This document shows, one piece after another, positions 1 to 13,413 of a stretch of 64,000 bases of DNA. Source of the stretch: Raillietiella orientalis (taxonomy: Eukaryota); the NCBI GenBank assembly GCA_036172245.1, contig JAYWIR010000135.1, positions 1-64,000 of the forward strand, given 5' to 3'. The translations under genes were made by a program, and so were the position numbers. The notes under the pieces are model-generated. The model searched no databases and was not told the DNA's origin. It saw only the letters and a list, made by a program, of their open reading frames with translations. How positions within the stretch are numbered: the stretch's first letter is position 1; the number at the start of each line of letters is the position of its first letter.

Positions 1-3000
1 CTGCGTTCTTCGAAGGCCTGCGGCGAGATTGGCTGGTCGAAGCAGAGATGCGAAAGGCGCACCTCATTGCCGGGGACTTTAACGTCCGCCTGCTCACAGG
101 TGCGCCCGACATTCGCGCACAGCTGGTCAACGAGATGCGCGCTGCCATGCACGCGCGCAAGTTGGCCGGTGACGCCGGGACGGAGACGAGGATGGACCAC
201 ATGTTCCTCGACAACCACCTGTGTTCGCGGGTGGGAAATCGTGGGGCAGTGCCATTTGAACTTTCCGACTATCCCTGGCTCGTGCAAGAAATACACCCGC
301 GCGGTGGAGGCATACCCTCCAGAGCGTGGCGTTGTTAGTGGGACTGGTTGCGCCCGCGGGGAGCAGCAACACTGCTCGTTCCTGCAAGGCTTCCATCTGC
401 AGTCGCTCGCGGACTGGGACGACTTGAAGAGCTCAGTCCGTGAGTTCTGAACCGTCTCCTTCCAGGTTTCGGCAAAGGGCTGAGGAACGACCGGGCATAC
501 CACCACGCCCGTCTTTACTCTAGGACTGCCGACGTTCGACGCCTGGCGGAGTATAAAGCTGGGGCTGAGCGACAGACCTAGCAATCCGGGTCGCCCAGCT
601 TGCTGGACGCCCTAGGCCAAGAATGCTCAACTCCGGCAAGAATTAACCGCATCCTGCGGGACTATTACTCCTCCTTGCATACGCGTAGAACAACAGAGAA
701 CGCCGTGGCGCATCGCTTGCTGCCGCAAGGCGCCCCCGCGCTGCAGGAAGAGCAGGCACATGAACTCGCGGAGCCTTTCTCGATGGCGGAGATCGTCTCC
801 GCCATCGGAAAGCTCCGAAAGAGGAAACCACCAGGGGAAGACGGTCTGCCCGCGAAGTTCTATTAAGGCTTCTTGGTGGAGCTGCCTTCCCTGGTGCATC
901 GGCTATGCATGCTGATCCGAGAACAAGGGGACGTCTCCAAATCGTTCCGGTCAGCTAGAGTACGTCTCCTGCCGAAAGGAGGAGACAATCGCAACGTAGG
1001 CAACTGGCGTCCCATCGCAGTAGTGAATGCGGATGCGAAGTTGATTGCCAAGCTTTGGGCTGAGCGACTGGGACGGGTGGAGGAATCCGTGGTGAGTCCG
1101 GAGCAGACATACGCTGTTCCCGGACGAAGCATAGAGGCCAACCTGTTCCTCGCCAGTACATGGTGGCAGTTGCAACAAAACGGAGACCAGGGGGGTCAAG
1201 AGAATCCTGGATTCTCCTCTGCCCAGGGAGGGGACGCCCTTAATGGAAGAGCCGCGCCCGGTGCCCTTGCGGTCGCAGTCGATCGGCGTAAAGCGTTCGA
1301 TTGCGTCGACCAGGAACTACTTCTGGAGCTCCTGGAACGCTTGGGATTCCCGGCCGTCTTCCGGGCTTACCTGCGCTTCTGCTGGCGCTTCGCTCTAATA
1401 AACATCTCTTTTAGCGGTCGGCACGTGTACGGCGTGCCGGTTCGGCGTGGCATAAGGCAGGGTGACAGTCTGAGCCCCTTGCTCTTCAGCATCTACTTCG
1501 AGCTGGTGCTGAGGGCATACAGGGAGACTCTGGCAACCCTGCCAAGCTCGTGTCCCGCGACGCCTGCCGTGTCGGCCTACGCCGACGACCTTCTGCTCCT
1601 GCTCCCCGGGTCCACCCCGGCGTTGGCGCTCGAAGATTTCTTTGAGTTGCTGCGCCGCGGGACGGGCCTCGAGGTGAACAGAGAGAAATCTTCCATCGTT
1701 CCAACATCACCACAACTTTTCTACAATACGGCGTGGGCCGGACGGCCGGACTGGATCCGCTTGGGGATCCCCACGGGCAGGTGCTTCATGTACGTTGGCG
1801 TTCCGTCGGAAGACTTCTGCGTTGCAAAAGCCTGGTCCGACCGTCTCCAAAAGGTAGAGTTGGCGATCGGCCCGTTACGGAACGGCAAGTGTTACTTGCA
1901 GGAGCGGGCCGCGGTGTGGAACGCTTCCGCGGACCCCTCCTTCGCCCCCTACTTTTTGTCTGCCCTACTTCGTATCAAATTAGGACACGGACTAGGGGCC
2001 TTATACGGAAAGCCCTCTGGGGCAACCGGAGGCCTCGCGTCCGGCTCAAAGACTTGTGCGTGCCACGCAGGGATGGTGGACATGGTCTCCTGACGTTGGA
2101 GCGCATGGAGAGGCAGCTCCAATTTATAATACTTGCCCTTGTGGCAAAGTTTTGGACAGCACCCTGGTGTGCACCAGCAAGACTCCTTGCTCACAGGGCA
2201 ACCGGCTGCTTCGGATTGACTTCAATCCTGGTAGCCAACGAACGCAGCCTGAACCATTGTGGTTATCAGCTGCGGGATTTGGTTGCTCTGATGAGAGGCA
2301 ACCCTTGGATCTCCTGCATCCCAGCGGACTGGACTACCTGGCTTCAGGGGTCCGTATCCGCATGGGCGAAGATCAATGGCACCAGCGATGAGGACTTCTC
2401 CTGCCTCCGCAGAAGGAGGCACGCTGGTCAGCCACTCCAGGAGATCCCTTCCAACCCACAGAAACTTCTGTAGGCTTCCTTCACCCCCCTTGCCCCAGTG
2501 CTGCTCTCCCTTAAAGAAGTTCTGGGCAGCAACCAACAGGCATCGTCTGAAGTGTCCTGCCTCATCGGAGGCAGGAAGAAATCACTGAAGGCGTGGACGC
2601 CGACGGAACTAGAGGACGCTAGTACCCCGAGTGTCCCGCCGAACGGACTTTTAAGCTGGGGCGCGCTACTCGGTATACCTCCGGAGGAGGTGAAGTGGCC
2701 CCCAGCGTCATGGGACAACGGCACTTTTCCCTGCAGTGGCAGGAGACGGCGTTGCTTCTGCTCCACTGGGGACTTCTAAGCAGAGCACGCCTGTCTCGCT
2801 GGACATCGGGGAATGTGGATGCTAGTTGTGCAGAGTGCGGGGAAAGGGAGACCTTCCTTTACTTGATTCTGGAGTGTGTTGCCCTCCACGAAATGTGGGA
2901 CAGACTCTCGTCGATCCTCAACATTCCGAAGGGTGACCCGTAAAATTTATTCAGACGCCTTCTGACGCCATACGGCTTGCCAGCCTCCGGGAGCGTAGCA

Positions 3001-3454
3001 GTGCTCTGCTGCATACGCGGTATCCTGGAGAAGTTGACCGCGTCTAGGAGAGGAAGGACCAGCGGAATGCCTTCCACTGGGCAGCGATCTCCTTGGAGAA
3101 AGCGTGCCGTTGGCGCCGTCTTCAAAAACATTTGCCAGCACTTGTTCGCATCCGAAACCGGATGCAAAGGCATGCTCACGGCGCACCGTGGTCCCCTCCC
3201 TCCCTCCCCCTCCCTTGAAAACTTTGCCCTCCAGACGTTTTCCTTTTTTTGTCTTTCTTTTGTTTTATTTTTCCCGTCCCGGCGCCAGTGAAGGACCTTA
3301 TCGACCTCCGGGTCGGTAAGGACAAGTGCTACTGAACTTCTGAACTGAACTTTTGACGTCAAAAAAAAAATTTTTTTAACAACATACACTTTGTTACAAA
3401 ATTTTGTAATTTCAAAATTTTAGTAATAAAAGCCCCGGCTTACCCGGGTGAAAA
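1..3454 (+). mobile_element. LINE copy A1 (5' part outside window): degenerate ORF2 (EN C-terminus, RT, zinc finger) and 3' UTR
   Basis: GDFN..MDH..SDY at 48-338; RT QGDSLSPLLF/YADD in ORF 873-2093; CAECGERE..C near 2830; terminus AATAAAAGCCCCGGCTTACCCGGGTG-AAAA at 3425-3454. Several stops and frameshifts. Confidence 0.93.
873..2093 (+). pseudogene. Non-LTR reverse transcriptase domain fragment (ORF2 of A1)
   Basis: LLPKGGD..NWRPI..DAKL, KAFDCVD, RQGDSLSPLLF, YADDL motifs; flanked by a stop and a frameshift. Confidence 0.93.
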
Positions 3455-4518
3455 ACCTGAGCTGGTCTGGAGCGTTCTTGGCCCTGATGGTCCAGCAAGC
3501 AGGCCGAGCCTGACTGCCAGGCCTGCCTCTCCGCCTCAGCTTTGAATTCCGCGAAGCGACGGACGTCGGGACGCCTGGAATACCGGCAGGTCTCAAGGTA
3601 GGCCCGCTCGTTCCTGACCCGATCGCCGAAGCCCGGCGGAAGACGTTCCAGGGGAAACTGGTCGCAAAACTCGCGGAATGAGCATTTCATTTCGTCCCAG
3701 TCCGCGAGCCTCTCAAGATGGAATCCTCGCAGGAAGGCGCGTAGAAGTTCCGCCGCTCCTACGAGGCGCAACCAGTCCCCTGGCAGGCGCCACGTTTTCA
3801 AGGGAGGGCCCTTATTCCGCGGATGCAACTTAAGCACGAGCCGTAGATGGTCGGACAGCTCTGCCGGGAGCGTTCCTCGAGTTCCCACCCGCGTGCACAG
3901 GAGGTTGTCGACGAACATGTGATCGATGTTCCGATCACTCCCGGCATCACCGGCCAACAAGTTGCGCGCATTCATTGCTGCGCACAACTCGTTGGCCAGT
4001 TGTGCTCGACTGCTGGGCGTACCTGCAAGCAGGCGGAGATTGAAGACGCCCGCAATGAGGTGCGCCCGTCGTAAGCTTGCTTCAACCAACCAGTCTCGCC
4101 GCAGGGATTCGAAGAACGCAGTGCGTTCCTCCGCCCTGTGGTTGCACACCGGAGCGTGCAAGTTCGTGACTATGAAGTCGTTCGAGTCGGACCACTTGAA
4201 AACAAGCTGCCCTACTCGACCGTCCTCGTCGAACCGCACGCTGCGCAGTGTATTTTCGACGGCTGGCTTAAGCAAAAAGGTCACTCCGCAGGAGCGGTCG
4301 TTTCCGTTCCTCCACAGTAGCCGCCTTCCTGCGATTCTTTCGATTTCCTGGACTTCTTTAGCTTTGAGAACGTGCGTCTCTTGCAGGAGCACCAGGTCGA
4401 AGTCTCGCAGTATGGCGGCTACGTCTCGCCTCTTACCGTCGTCGCGCAACCCGTTGACGTTCCAACAGGTGATGCGCAAGCGGCGGCAGGAGGCGATCCC
4501 ACGCATTGGTGCGTTCAT
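3455..4518 (-). pseudogene. APE-type endonuclease and linker of ORF2 (copy K), truncated
   Basis: WNVNGL, LQETH, NLHAP, GVFN (degenerate GDFN), IDH, SDH in ORF 3412-4518. Confidence 0.9.
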
Positions 4519-4524
4519 TGAGGG

Positions 4525-4862
4525 GTTACAAAATTTTGTAATTTCAAAATTTTAGTAATAAAAGCCCCGGCTTACCCGGGTGAAAAACCTGAGCTGGTCT
4601 GGAGCGTTCTTGGCCCTGATGGTCTAGCAAGCAGGCCGAGCCTGACTGCCAGGCCTGCCTCTCCGCCTCAGCTTTGAATTCCGCGAAGCGACGGACGTCG
4701 GGACGCCTGGAATACCGGCAGGTCTCAAGGTAGGCCCGCTCGTTCCTGACCCGATCGCCGAAGCCCGGCGGAAGACGTTCCAGGGGAAACTGGTCGCAAA
4801 ACTCGCGGAATGAGCATTTCATTTCGTCCCAGTCCGCGAGCCTCTCAAGATGGAATCCTCGC
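4525..4862 (+). repeat. 338 bp near-identical direct duplication of 3393-3730, including the A1 3' junction
   Basis: Same sequence at offset 1132; one mismatch noticed (TCCAGC vs TCTAGC). Confidence 0.92.
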
Positions 4863-5420
4863 TCTCAAGATGGATCATCACACTCTCCTTCCTTGTGGCA
4901 GGCGGCTTGTTGGCGGCCGTGACGACGTTCGGCTGCTCACACGGGAGCACGTCGTCCATTACGACTTCCATGTGGCTGGATTCCGAGACACGGATCGGGG
5001 AGGGGTCGCGTGGCGAGACCCACATTGCCTGCTCGACCGTGCCCGAGGACATGGCCTCCTCCACCTGCGGCAGGGACGACCCGTCTCGAGCAACCGGTCT
5101 TCTTGCCAGCCTTCCTCTTCGGCACGGCTGCGGAAGTAGAACAACGGCTTCGGTTTCGGACTCGGAATTTTCCGGGCGCTTCACCGTTGCCGGTCGTCTC
5201 AAGGCCTTCTTCTCGGCCCTGGCAGGCTGCCGTAACATGGCTGCCAGCTCTTCCGCGGCCTGCGCGAAGGTCGCGTCCGTTATCCGCGCCGCCTCCTCGC
5301 TTTGCGCACCGACGCTTTGTGCAGACGCGACAGGGGCGGCTTCATCGATCGGCGCGCAGACGTCCTTCGCTGGCAATGCCGGAATGGCATTGTCGTCAGC
5401 TGATGGTGACGTCACTGCGG

Positions 5421-8040
5421 TTTTCACCCGGATATGCCGGGGCATTTATTTCGAAATATAAAAATACAATAATTTTTCCAGTGTAGAACCCGAAGGCGCA
5501 CCACGCCAAAACAGCTTGCTGGATGCCGGCGCTATGCCGGAGAGGTCCTTCCGATGCGCGGGGGTTGGGAAAGAAAAGAACAAACAAACAAAATGTTCAA
5601 ACACGGGAGGGGATAAATGTTTTAGGGATGGGAGCGCAGGGAAGGGATCACTATGCGCCCGGAGAGGTCCTCTAGATCCTTTTCAGGATGCGGACAAGCT
5701 GTTTCCTCTGTGCGCCTAAGTGGCGCCAATTGCATACAGCTCGCACTAATAGGCGAGTCCATCGTTAGGCGTTGCCAGTTGGCTGACGTCTTCTTCTGGT
5801 GGCGTTCCAAGCCGCCACGATCCCTAATGCAGCAGAGGATTGCTACAGAATCGGGGGGGGACAAGGCGTCACTACAGAGGAAGCGCATGAAAACGTCCTT
5901 CGGGCCGCATACGCGCAAGTTCAGAAACGCCGTTAGGCGATTCCATAAAGGGCGGATGGCACTACACTCAATTAGAAGGTGGGGAAAGATCTCTTTTTCC
6001 TCACACCGGTCGCAATGGGGATGCACAGCCCCCCGAGTGGTGTGGTACAAACGTGGTTTACAGAGTAAACCCCACTGCATTACAAGCAACGCCACCTCCT
6101 ACCATTTGAGGGGGAGGGATCCACTGTTCCAGGACGCTGGGGGCCACTTCATCTCCTCCGGAGATAGTCCGAGTAGCTCGCCCCAGCGTCGAATTCCGTT
6201 GGGCGGGACACTCGGCGTCGCAGCGTCAGCTAGCTGCCGAGATGTCCACGCCTTTATCGATTGTGTCCTGCCACCTATGGTGCAGGACACGGTCCATTTC
6301 CCCTGCTCGCTACTGTCCCTCGCATTCACAAGGAAGGGCAGCACTAGGGCGAGGGGGGTTATCAAGGCCCACAGAAGCTTGTCGTTGGACTGCACGATCT
6401 CCTGCAGCGCCCAGCGGGCATGCTTTTTCAGGCAAGTGTTCTTTGTGCCCGCCGCTACGTAGATCTTTTCCCAGGTGGAGACTAACTCGTGCCACCATGC
6501 CGAGTAGATCCCTGGGAGGCAGGAGATCCAGGCGTTCTCCAGAACCGCAACGAGGATGCCACGCAGCATAGAGCCACAGTGTGCTCTTCTGCAGACGCGC
6601 GCAGACGGAAACGACAAAAGTCCACCGGATCCGCAGGCTCGTTGGGCCAGGAGGCGTGCTGGAACGCACCAAGGCGTGTCCCACAATTCTGCCGCGAGAG
6701 AGAGAGTCCTGAAGCGAAGTTGTAATTCGATGCGCTCCAGCGTAAGTACGCCAAGTCCTCCGTCCTTACGTGAAGCGCACAAGTCTTTGAGCCTCACACG
6801 GGACCTCCCTTTGCCCAAAAGAACTGTCCTCAGGAGGCCCGCTGCTCTTTTCCAAACAAAATGAGAAATGGGGCACACAAAAAAGTAGGGGGCGAAGAAA
6901 GGGGGCCTCAAACGCGTTCCACACCTCCTCCCGTTCCTGCAAGTAGAACTTGCTTTCTTGGAACGGACCGATCGCCAACTCTGCCTTTTGGAGACGGTCG
7001 GACCAGGCTTCTGCTGCGCAGAAGTCCCCCATCGGAACGCCTAGGTACTTGAAGCACCTGCCCGTGGGGATCCCCAAACGGATCCAGTCCGACTGTCCAG
7101 CCCACGCCGAACCGACAAAGACCATGGATGACTTCGCCATGTTCACCTCCAGGCCCGTCCCGCGGAGCAGCAACTCGAAGAATTCCTCGAACGCACTCGC
7201 CGGGGTGGACCCGGGAAGCAGCAGCAGAAGATCGTCTGCGTATGCCGACACGGCAGGCGTGCCGGCACACGAGCTCGGCAGAGTTGCCAGAGTTACCCTG
7301 TATGCCCTTAGCACCAACTCGAAGTAGATGCTGAAGAGCAAGGGGCTCAGGCTGTCACCCTGCCGGATGCCGCGTCGCACTGGCACGCCTTACACGTGCC
7401 GGCCGCTGAATCCAATATTGATATACGCGTTGCGCCAGCAGGAGCGCAGGTAAGACCGGAGCACGGAAGGGAAACCCAAGCGTTCCAGGTGCTCCAGAAG
7501 GAGATCCTGGTCGACGCAGTCGAATACTTTGTGCAAATCGACCGCGACGGCAGAGGCTCCCCCCGAGTCCGTCCTTTCTTCTGCATGATCTTCTTGGTCA
7601 GAGGGGAGGGCGAGGCTTCCTTGATCATCCTGAGCAACGCGTTGTCGCAACTGCCACGATGAGATGGCGAGGGGCAGGTTGGCCTCCATGGTTCGTCCGG
7701 GAACAGCGTAGGTCTTCTCGGGACTCACCACGGAAGCGGCCACCCGCCCCAAACGCTCAGCCCACAACTTGGCATACAACTTTGCGTCCGCATTCACTAC
7801 TGTGATGGGACGCCAGTTGCCGATGTTGCGTAAGTCTCCTGATTTCGGCAGGAGACGTACTTTTGCTGACCAGAACGAGGCGGGAACTTCGCCGTGTTCG
7901 CGGATCAGAGTACTTAACCTGAGCACCAGGGGGGCCAGCTCTGGCGCGAAGCGATGGTAAAACTCCGCGGGCAGGCCGTCCTTTCCTGGTGCCTTTCGTT
8001 TCTTCAGCTTTGCGATGGCGGAGACGACCTCCACCATCGT
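5421..8040 (-). mobile_element. 5'-truncated LINE copy L (RT, zinc finger, 3' UTR) inserted in ORF1 of K
   Basis: KAPGKDGL, NWRPI, QGDSLSP, YADD, CDRCEE..H..C; minus-strand terminus AATAAATGCCCCGGCATATCCGGGTG-AAAA at 5450-5421. Confidence 0.9.
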
Positions 8041-8749
8041 TAACTTTGGTGAGTCCACAAGACACAGCGTGGCGAGTCCACAAGAGAGGCGTGCGACATT
8101 ATCGATCGGATTCGCGCGCCTTGACATTGCGTGCACTGTGGCCAACTGCTTGAGTGCAACAATGATGTCGCGATTTCTCATTCTAGGCCCAATGCCCGAG
8201 AGCTGGACCACGAACGAATGTTCCAGGGCTGAGGAGACGAACTTTTTTCCCCTGATTTTGAGGGGCGTTCGAAGTATGCGCTGGACGAGGGCCGCATTTT
8301 TGCAGTGCACCTCCCGATGGCCCTCCGCGCTCACTGGCATAAGTGCCAGGAGATCGTCGTCTCGGACCCCTACGCGTTCCAGATCTCTCCAGTGCTGGTT
8401 CCCCGTCCCATCCCGGTAGGCGGCACTGACCTTGTAGGTCATAGGGGGGTTGCAGCGGCTAGCGGCGTACGCTCGTAGCTCTGCTTCGTCGGGTGGGGCT
8501 GCGTGAGCTGCTGCTGCCTTATCAACGGCGGCAAAACTTCTCGCTGTAGGCGAGGGACGATAGGTGAAGGCCTCCACTCCTCCCGAAAAAGTTCCTGCAA
8601 CGCAAAAGGATTCCTCCACCTTTATTTCTGCAGGCACTAGCTCCATTTCCGATTGGAAAAAGATCATCACACCCAAAAGGAACAACAGCATAAGAATTCT
8701 AAATACGGGGCGCAGGAATGCACGTCCGAAAAATGAAGTAGGTCGTCTG

Positions 8750-9483
8750 TCTATCCCCAGAGATAAGCTGAAGTGGCCCCCAGTGATCAATAAATCCAGG
8801 ATACTGCCCTCCAAGTGGCAAGAGTCGGTGTTGCTCCTCTTGCATTGAGGTCTACCCTGCAACGCACGCAGCTTCCACTGGACGAGAAGAGCTGTGGATC
8901 CTGCGTGTGCCAGGAGAAAGGAGCGGGAGTCGCTCTTCCACCTTATTGTGGATTGTGCTACCCTCCGATCCCTCTGGGAACGGTTCAAGACGACCCTCGG
9001 GATCCCGACGGGTAGTGCAATTGAAGACGTTCTCCGGCATCTCTTCGTGCGGGACGTCATGCAGCCCGCCGCAACCCTCGCAGCTCTCTTCTGCATCCGG
9101 TATATCCTGGCGGCCTAGAGCGACATTCGCGACGAAGGAGTAGATGCCAACGAGAGGGAAGGCATTCCGTATGCAGTGAGCTTTATGCGAAATGCAGCGA
9201 GATGGCCCCATTTGGGACAAACGCAGAAGGACCTAGAGAGCATCCTGCGAAGGATGGGCCCTCCTCCTAGTAGATACTGATTCCTTCCCCTCCCTCCAAA
9301 CTCCTTTTTCTTGCTTTATTTTATTTTTGTTTTCTCTTAAACTCCCCTCCACACCCGAGGAGCGTCGCGCTGGGCTGCGTCCCGGCGTCCCGGCAGGTCC
9401 GGTGTTGGGCGGCCGTTAGTGGTTCCTCGAACCAAGTTTTTGTAGAGTTTTCAATAAACGCCCTGGGCGTACCCGGGTGGCTA
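8750..9483 (+). mobile_element. 3' fragment of LINE subfamily D (D1)
   Basis: LKWPP..KWQES, CARRKERE..H..C; 3' UTR matches 32024-32240; terminus AATAAACGCCCTGGGCGTACCCGGGTG-GCTA. Confidence 0.88.
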
Positions 9484-9580
9484 CCCCGAATCCCCGTGGC
9501 AGGCGGTGCAAGGAGAACTCCTCGAAAAACTCGCGTACCGAGACCTTGAAAAGGTCTTATTCCTGGAGATTGCTGAGGGT
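9484..9580 (-). pseudogene. ORF2 linker fragment of a subfamily C host; continues at 22290-22995
   Basis: Reads TLSNLQE*DLFKVSVREFFEEFSLHRLPRGFG on the minus strand. Confidence 0.8.
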
Positions 9581-9662
9581 CGAGCGGACGTGTCTTTTCG
9601 CTGCTCCTGAGTTTCATTTCCGTTGGTGGTTGTGCGTGGTAAGGGTGGAGGATTAGGCAGCA

Positions 9663-11301
9663 ATGCCTGATACCACCACCAGTGAGCAGGATCCGGGGGC
9701 GATGAACTAATTGCCTTCGGAGGAGATGGAGGTGGAGGCTCCCGCATCAATGGGGGCTCCCGATAGCACGGATGTGCCCCCGGCTCTACCCAGGGTTTAA
9801 AACGCCGTGGCTGCGGCACCTACGCCAGCGGCTATGCCGAAGATGCGCGCTTACGTGGAGGAGGGGCATAACCCACCCCTTCTATATAAGGTAGGAGGTT
9901 TATATTCTGCCGAGAACGCGCGCGCCTTCTCGCAGGCGATGCGCGTACTCGGCGTACAAAAAGAGGAGCTTCTGGCTATATCCGTCAGAAGCGGGGGTCA
10001 ATTTGTGGAAGTTATCTGCAAAGAGGCAACTCTTGCAGAAAGACTTCTTCGAACTCTCGTAATTGTGGGCAGCCGGAAGCTTCTCCCAATTACTGAAGAC
10101 CGGTCGGTGATCATTCACCTGACCGGTATCACGTTGCGGATGACGAAAAAGGCCGTCCGGAACCAATTAGAAAAATTCTCAACGGTCGTCACGCTATGGG
10201 AAAACCTACTCCGTTTGTTGATAAAGACGGGGTGCTTGGCGGCTTGGGTGAAGCGCGAGTGACGGTTCGCGAAGGGTGTGAGTTTCCCCACAAACTCAAC
10301 GTCATCTGTGAATCCGTTGACGTGTGGTACGTGGCAAAACCCAAGTTCTGCGACTGCTGCAGCAGCTTTGGTTACCTTAAAATGAGGTGTCCGAGCGTGT
10401 GATGCCAGCAATGTAAACAAGCGGGGCACACCCGTTCTGTGTGCCCTCAAAACACAGTCCGCGTCAGGTCGGCAAATAACGCGAGAAAGCGCGCGTTTAA
10501 AAACAGAAAGAAGCAGGCAGCTCTTGCTGCTACTAAGGAGGTCACCTTCGCCAGCAAGGCGAATGCCAGCCCTCAGACTCCTACGAAAAACGCCCAAAAT
10601 ATCGAGAGCGAGGGTCAAGAGCCAGAGTGACAGAAGGTCGACTCCAAGAAAAAATCTCTTAAGATGGGAAAAAGCGTGGCAAAACAGAGCGAAACCGAGC
10701 CGCGCCGCGAAAAAATCAAAAGCTCCTGCGTCGTCGTAAAGCGGATTCCCGCCATCTACAAATGCGTCGCTGTAGAACTCGCTGCTGCACCTGCTCAACC
10801 CTCCGTTGAGAAAGTCAACAAGGAGGGGAGCGAGGCGGCGGCATCTGTCATCGAGTCCACGCTCGATGACGTCGCCTTTGAGCGCGCCGCGAGGAGGCTG
10901 CTGCCTCGTTGCAGCCGGCCACCCCCAAGGCTGGCAAGAAGGTTGTCAGGCGCCCGGCCTCCCCTCAAGAGTATCCCACTTCCGACCCCGAGGTGGAGGC
11001 CGGAAGCACAGCTTTCATCTCCAGCGCACTACGCAAACAGCCTGTACGAAAGTCCACAAAGCCCAAAAAGATCGTCTTTCTCGACGAAAGGGAAGAGAAG
11101 GCTTCCGCCAGCGAGGGTGCGATGAGTGTGGGAAACTCCCGGTACCCGCCGCCCGAGAGAATCCCACGCTCCGCCAAGGAGGGGATGGAGAAGGTAGAGA
11201 CCGAACAGGTGCCCCAGGTGTCGGAAGAGAACTCCGTCCTCATGGACATCCCCAACACCTGCCCCGCGGCAGACTCTTCAACGCCACTTTCCCAGCAATA
11301 A
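9663..11301 (+). pseudogene. ORF1 (gag-like, two CCHC knuckles) of B1, frameshifted
   Basis: YNPPLLYKVG-type N-terminus; CDCCSSFGYLKMRC and CQQCKQAGHTRSVC knuckles near 10350-10445; ends in a TAATG overlap. Confidence 0.85.
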
Positions 11302-11504
11302 TGCCGGGAATCGCCTCCCGTCGTCGTCTGCCGATCGCCTGCTGGAACGTCAACGGTCTAACCGACGACCGCAAGAGACGTGACGTGGCCGCCACTTTGG
11401 CATCCTTAGACCTGGTGCTGCTGCGGGAGATCCACGTGATCTCCGCAGACGAAGCAACGGAGATCGAGCGTATCTCGGGTGGACGGCTGCTGTGGCGTTG
11501 CGGC

Positions 11505-13413
11505 ACCCTTAAGCTCGTGTCTCAGCACGCCTGCCGTGTCGGCCTACGCCGACGACCTTCTGATCCTGCTCCCAGGGTCCACCCCGGCGTCGGCGCAAGA
11601 AGATTTCTTTGAGTTGCTGCGCCGCGGGACGGGCCTCGAGGTGAACAGAGAGAAATCTTCCATCGTTCCAACATCACCACAACTTTTCAACAATACGGCG
11701 TGGGCCGGACGGCCAGAATGGATCCGCATGATGATCCCCACGGGCAGGTGCTTCAAGTACCCTGGCGTTCCGTTGGGGGACTTCTGCGTTGCAGAAGCCT
11801 GGTCCGACCGTCTCCAAAAGGTGGAGTTGGCGATCGGCCCGTTCGGAACGGCAAGTTTTACTTGCAGGAGCGGGCCGCGGTGTGGAACGCGTTCGCGGCC
11901 CCCTTCCTTCGCCCCTTACTTCTTGTTTGCCCCGCCCCTTCCATCATACAGAGACGGACGAAAGCCCTCTTGAGGACTGCCCTTTGGGGCACAGCGTGGT
12001 GGCGAGTCCGATTGAAAGACTTGTGCGCTCCACGCAGAAATGGTGGCTTGGGCCTCCTTATGTTGGAGCGCATTTAACTACAAACAACACTTCGGAAGTT
12101 AGCCCTTGCGGCTATCTTATGGATGACGCCATGGTGCGATCCGGCACGGCTCCTCCCCAGAAGAGCGACCGGCTGCGAAGGATTGTCCTCGATCCTCGTG
12201 GCCTACCAGCGCAGCCTTTCCAACTGTGGCCCCCATTTGCGCCAGATGGTCGCCCTGATGAGAGAGAATACCTGGATCTCCTGCGTCCCCGCGAACTGCA
12301 CTGCCTGGCTTCAGGATTCAGCTTCCGCGTGGGCTAAAATCAACGGCACGAGCGAAGAGGAATATAACTGCCTACGACGAGGACCGTACGCTCGACAGCC
12401 GCTGCAGGAGATTATCAACACGCCCCGGAAGTTTCTGTGGGCTTCCTTCAGCCCCCTTGCCCTTGTTCTGTCCTCCCTGAAAAACACTAGGAGCAGCAAC
12501 GAGCTGGCATCGTGGGAAATGTCGTGCCACATCCGAGGCAGGAAAAAACCTTTAAAGGCGTGCACGACTCGAGAGCTCACGGACGCTGCCACCCCGAGCG
12601 TCCCGCCTCACGGACTTGCGCGCTGGAAAGAGCTGCTCGCAATACCTCCGGAGGAGGTGAAGTGGCCCCCAGCGTGTTGGGATTGCGGCACACTTCCGTT
12701 CAAGTGGCAGGAGACGGTGTTGCTATTTCTGCAGTGGGGACTGTTAAGCAGAGCACGCCTGTCTTACTGGACACTGGGAAATGTGGATGCCCGCTGTGTC
12801 GAGTGCGGAGAAAGAGAAACCTTCCCGCATCTCACCCTCGAGTGTGTCGCCCTGGATGGACTCTGGAGTAGAATAGCCCCAATCCTCCATCTTCCAGTAG
12901 GCGACCCTAAAGAAATTTGCCGTCGCCTCTTTCTGCGTGACGGCCTGCGCCCCGCTGCGTCTCTAGCAGTCCTCAGCTGCGTGCGCGGCGTTGTGCAAAG
13001 GTGCTACGCCAGAAGAAGAGGCCCAAGATGCAGGGACGCCATCCACTGGACAACGATCTCCTTAGAGATGGCGACAAGGTGGCTTCTAGATTTCACAATA
13101 AAAACTGAACATGACTGCATCCTCAACAGGATGCGGAGGACCGACCCAGGCGCCCAGTGATCCCTTCCCTGCCCCCCCCTCTCCCCATACAACTGTTTTC
13201 CTCCTCGTTATCTTTCTTTTCGTTTATTTTTGTTCTAGTTTTTCCTCCCCATGCGCCTTGGGAATGGACCTAACCGGTCTATGCACCGGCAACAGACACG
13301 TCAACCAAGGTGGGAAAACCAAGTGTTTCCCACAATTAACGTTTGAAAGACTTTATTATCTAATTTTTGTAAAAAATTAGAGTAATAAATGCCCCGGCAT
13401 ATCCGGGTGGCAA
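11505..13413 (+). mobile_element. 5'-truncated LINE copy G1 nested in the B1 endonuclease
   Basis: YADD, CVECGERETFPH..C; terminus AATAAATGCCCCGGCATATCCGGGTG-GCAA at 13384-13413; 3' UTR matches 56993-57250. Confidence 0.9.

Larger units (their letters stand above)
3455..8728 (-). mobile_element. LINE copy K, 5' half: 5' motif, ORF1 split by copy L and by a 338 bp duplication, ORF2 EN; cut off by A1
   Basis: CGGACGTG 5' motif at 8728-8721; ORF1 N-terminus 8646-8041; ORF1 C-terminus (AAEELAA..KKALRRPA) 5420-4863; EN 4518-3455. Assigning all pieces to one copy is inferred from their order and strand. Confidence 0.72.

Noticed and set aside
7390..9096. 568 aa ORF as a novel ORF1-RT fusion gene
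   Set aside because: It is chance read-through across antisense D1, K ORF1 and the truncated L junction.
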